Of a stretch of 37,476 nucleotides of DNA, positions 36,407-37,476 are shown piece by piece. The position numbers and the translations under genes were made by a program. The notes below the pieces were generated by a model. The model did no database searches. It was not told the DNA's origin and worked only from the letters and a program-made list of their open reading frames with translations. Numbering within the stretch: position 1 is the first letter of the stretch; each line of letters starts with the position of its first letter. Source of the stretch: an uncultured Lachnospiraceae bacterium. Lineage in GTDB: Bacteria > Bacillota > Clostridia > Lachnospirales > Lachnospiraceae. Location: assembly GCA_945492935.1 (NCBI GenBank), contig CALYVE010000001.1, positions 1-37,476 on the forward strand, written 5' to 3'.

Positions 36407-36455
36407 AACATCATAAGGAACAGGAATACAGCAAAAAGAAAGAGAGGAAAAGGAT

Positions 36456-36695
36456 ATGAAGGTTAAGGAATGGAAGTACGACCAGATTATGGAACAGGTT
36501 ACAAGATATGGCGATATTTGGATGAATTTGGACGTTAAAAGGACTGATAACATCCTGCGAAATCCATTAGTTGAGAACGGATATGTAGAGTTTACTTGCA
36601 GAGTTGATGTATTAAAAGAGACTGAGAAGGCTGTATATGTAAATCTTGGTAATTCGTTTAAGACATGGATTCCAAAAAGCGCAATAGCAGCTTAA
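36456..36695 (+). CDS. Small hypothetical protein
   Basis: RBS; VLKETEKAVYV..KTWIPKSAI motif. Confidence 0.7.
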   Translation: MKVKEWKYDQIMEQVTRYGDIWMNLDVKRTDNILRNPLVENGYVEFTCRVDVLKETEKAVYVNLGNSFKTWIPKSAIAA

Positions 36696-36763
36696 AACAA
36701 ACAGAGACGGAGCGGTTCCCAGACAGAGAGTTCGGACAAATTAAGCCGAAGAAAGGACAAAAA

Positions 36764-36994
36764 ATGAAAACATATTTACTTCCAGTTGTAGTAGCAGGAA
36801 AAATTCCAATGACATATCGAATTGAGTACAGAAAAAACGATATGAGAACAAAATTTTGTAAAGCAAACAAGGAGCATATCATTAATCCACAGAAGTTAAT
36901 TGAGCTGATTGGAAAGTATAATCCAACAATCAAAGGTGACAAAATCATAATGAAAAACGGAAAAGAAGCATATGAGTTTTTTAAAGAAATTTAA
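36764..36994 (+). CDS. Small basic hypothetical protein
   Basis: AAAGGA RBS before ATG 36764. Confidence 0.55.
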   Translation: MKTYLLPVVVAGKIPMTYRIEYRKNDMRTKFCKANKEHIINPQKLIELIGKYNPTIKGDKIIMKNGKEAYEFFKEI

Positions 36995-37030
36995 AACTTT
37001 CCCACAATTCCCAAAAATATATGATATAAT
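36995..37030 (+). promoter_or_regulatory. Putative activator-dependent late promoter
   Basis: TTCCC-acaa-TTCCC direct repeat in place of a -35, then TGaTATAAT, upstream of the HNH/terminase operon. Confidence 0.6.
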
Positions 37031-37112
37031 TCAAAATAGAAAAATGAATCCATTTCAAGAAAGACTTCGGATGTCCGGAGTCTTTTTGTTTTGCAATCAT
37101 TTGGGGGAAACG

Positions 37113-37448
37113 ATGGCACAGGAATTTGCAAAAGCATTTTACAACTCAAAACAATGGAAGAAATGTAGGATGGCATACATCAGGCACAGGCAGATGGTGG
37201 ACGGAGGATTGTGCGAGACTTGTCATAAAGAGCTTGGATACATCGTACATCACAAGGTCACGCTTACAACGGAAAGCATTAGGGATGATTCCGTGACGCT
37301 GTCGTTTGATAATCTCGAATATGATTGCAAAGCTTGTCATGATTCATTCGAAGGTCATGGATTAAACAAGTCGGTAAAACCATTATGTGTCTTTGACGAG
37401 AGCGGGCAACCAATTTCGATACGCGAGATTGACAGAGCCCCCCGTTGA
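37113..37448 (+). CDS. HNH endonuclease (terminase-associated)
   Basis: FYNSKQWKKCR..LCETC..VHHK..NLEYDCKACH. Confidence 0.9.
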   Translation: MAQEFAKAFYNSKQWKKCRMAYIRHRQMVDGGLCETCHKELGYIVHHKVTLTTESIRDDSVTLSFDNLEYDCKACHDSFEGHGLNKSVKPLCVFDESGQPISIREIDRAPR

Positions 37449-37476
37449 AAGATATACACAAATGTACTAAAACGAC

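Larger units (their letters stand above)
1..37476. mobile_element. Temperate siphovirus genome, apparently complete and non-integrated
   Basis: Full gene set from terminase small subunit (start) to HNH nuclease (end); integrase and intact attP lie internally; no host housekeeping genes. Confidence 0.93.

Noticed and set aside
1-37476. tRNA, rRNA, CRISPR array or IS element
   Set aside because: No cloverleaf, regularly spaced repeat array or transposase was recognised by eye; a tRNAscan/Infernal run would be needed to exclude small RNAs fully

Overview
The window looks like an essentially complete ~37.5 kb temperate siphovirus genome in its non-integrated form. A Firmicutes host, probably a gut Lachnospiraceae/Clostridia member, is inferred from gene content and sigmaA-type signals. 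Gene order: terminase small/large, portal, Clp protease, HK97-type capsid, head-tail and tail genes, tape measure, baseplate/fibres, holin, endolysin, an intact attP with a large serine integrase, the immunity region, an early/replication region (HUH Rep-like protein, RNase H, PcfJ, truncated methylase, tyrosine recombinase, SSB), hicAB, a late activator, an inserted accessory island and an HNH nuclease. The cos region probably spans the two ends. Features the ORF list does not explain: (1) a 16-bp palindrome, GTTGCACCGGTGCAAC, present five times, twice inside a gene for a ParB-like HTH protein and once over a promoter aimed at attP; (2) a tail adhesin ending in a DGR-type variable region, with no template repeat or reverse transcriptase found in the genome; (3) a -1 frameshift that would add a Rho-N/HeH-like domain to the major capsid protein; (4) a candidate plasmid-style counter-transcribed RNA in front of the Rep gene; (5) an RHH-regulated cassette of small genes inserted between the late activator and its promoter; (6) several single lesions, including in-frame stops and a deleted ImmA. 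All family assignments come from recognising motifs by eye; no database was searched.
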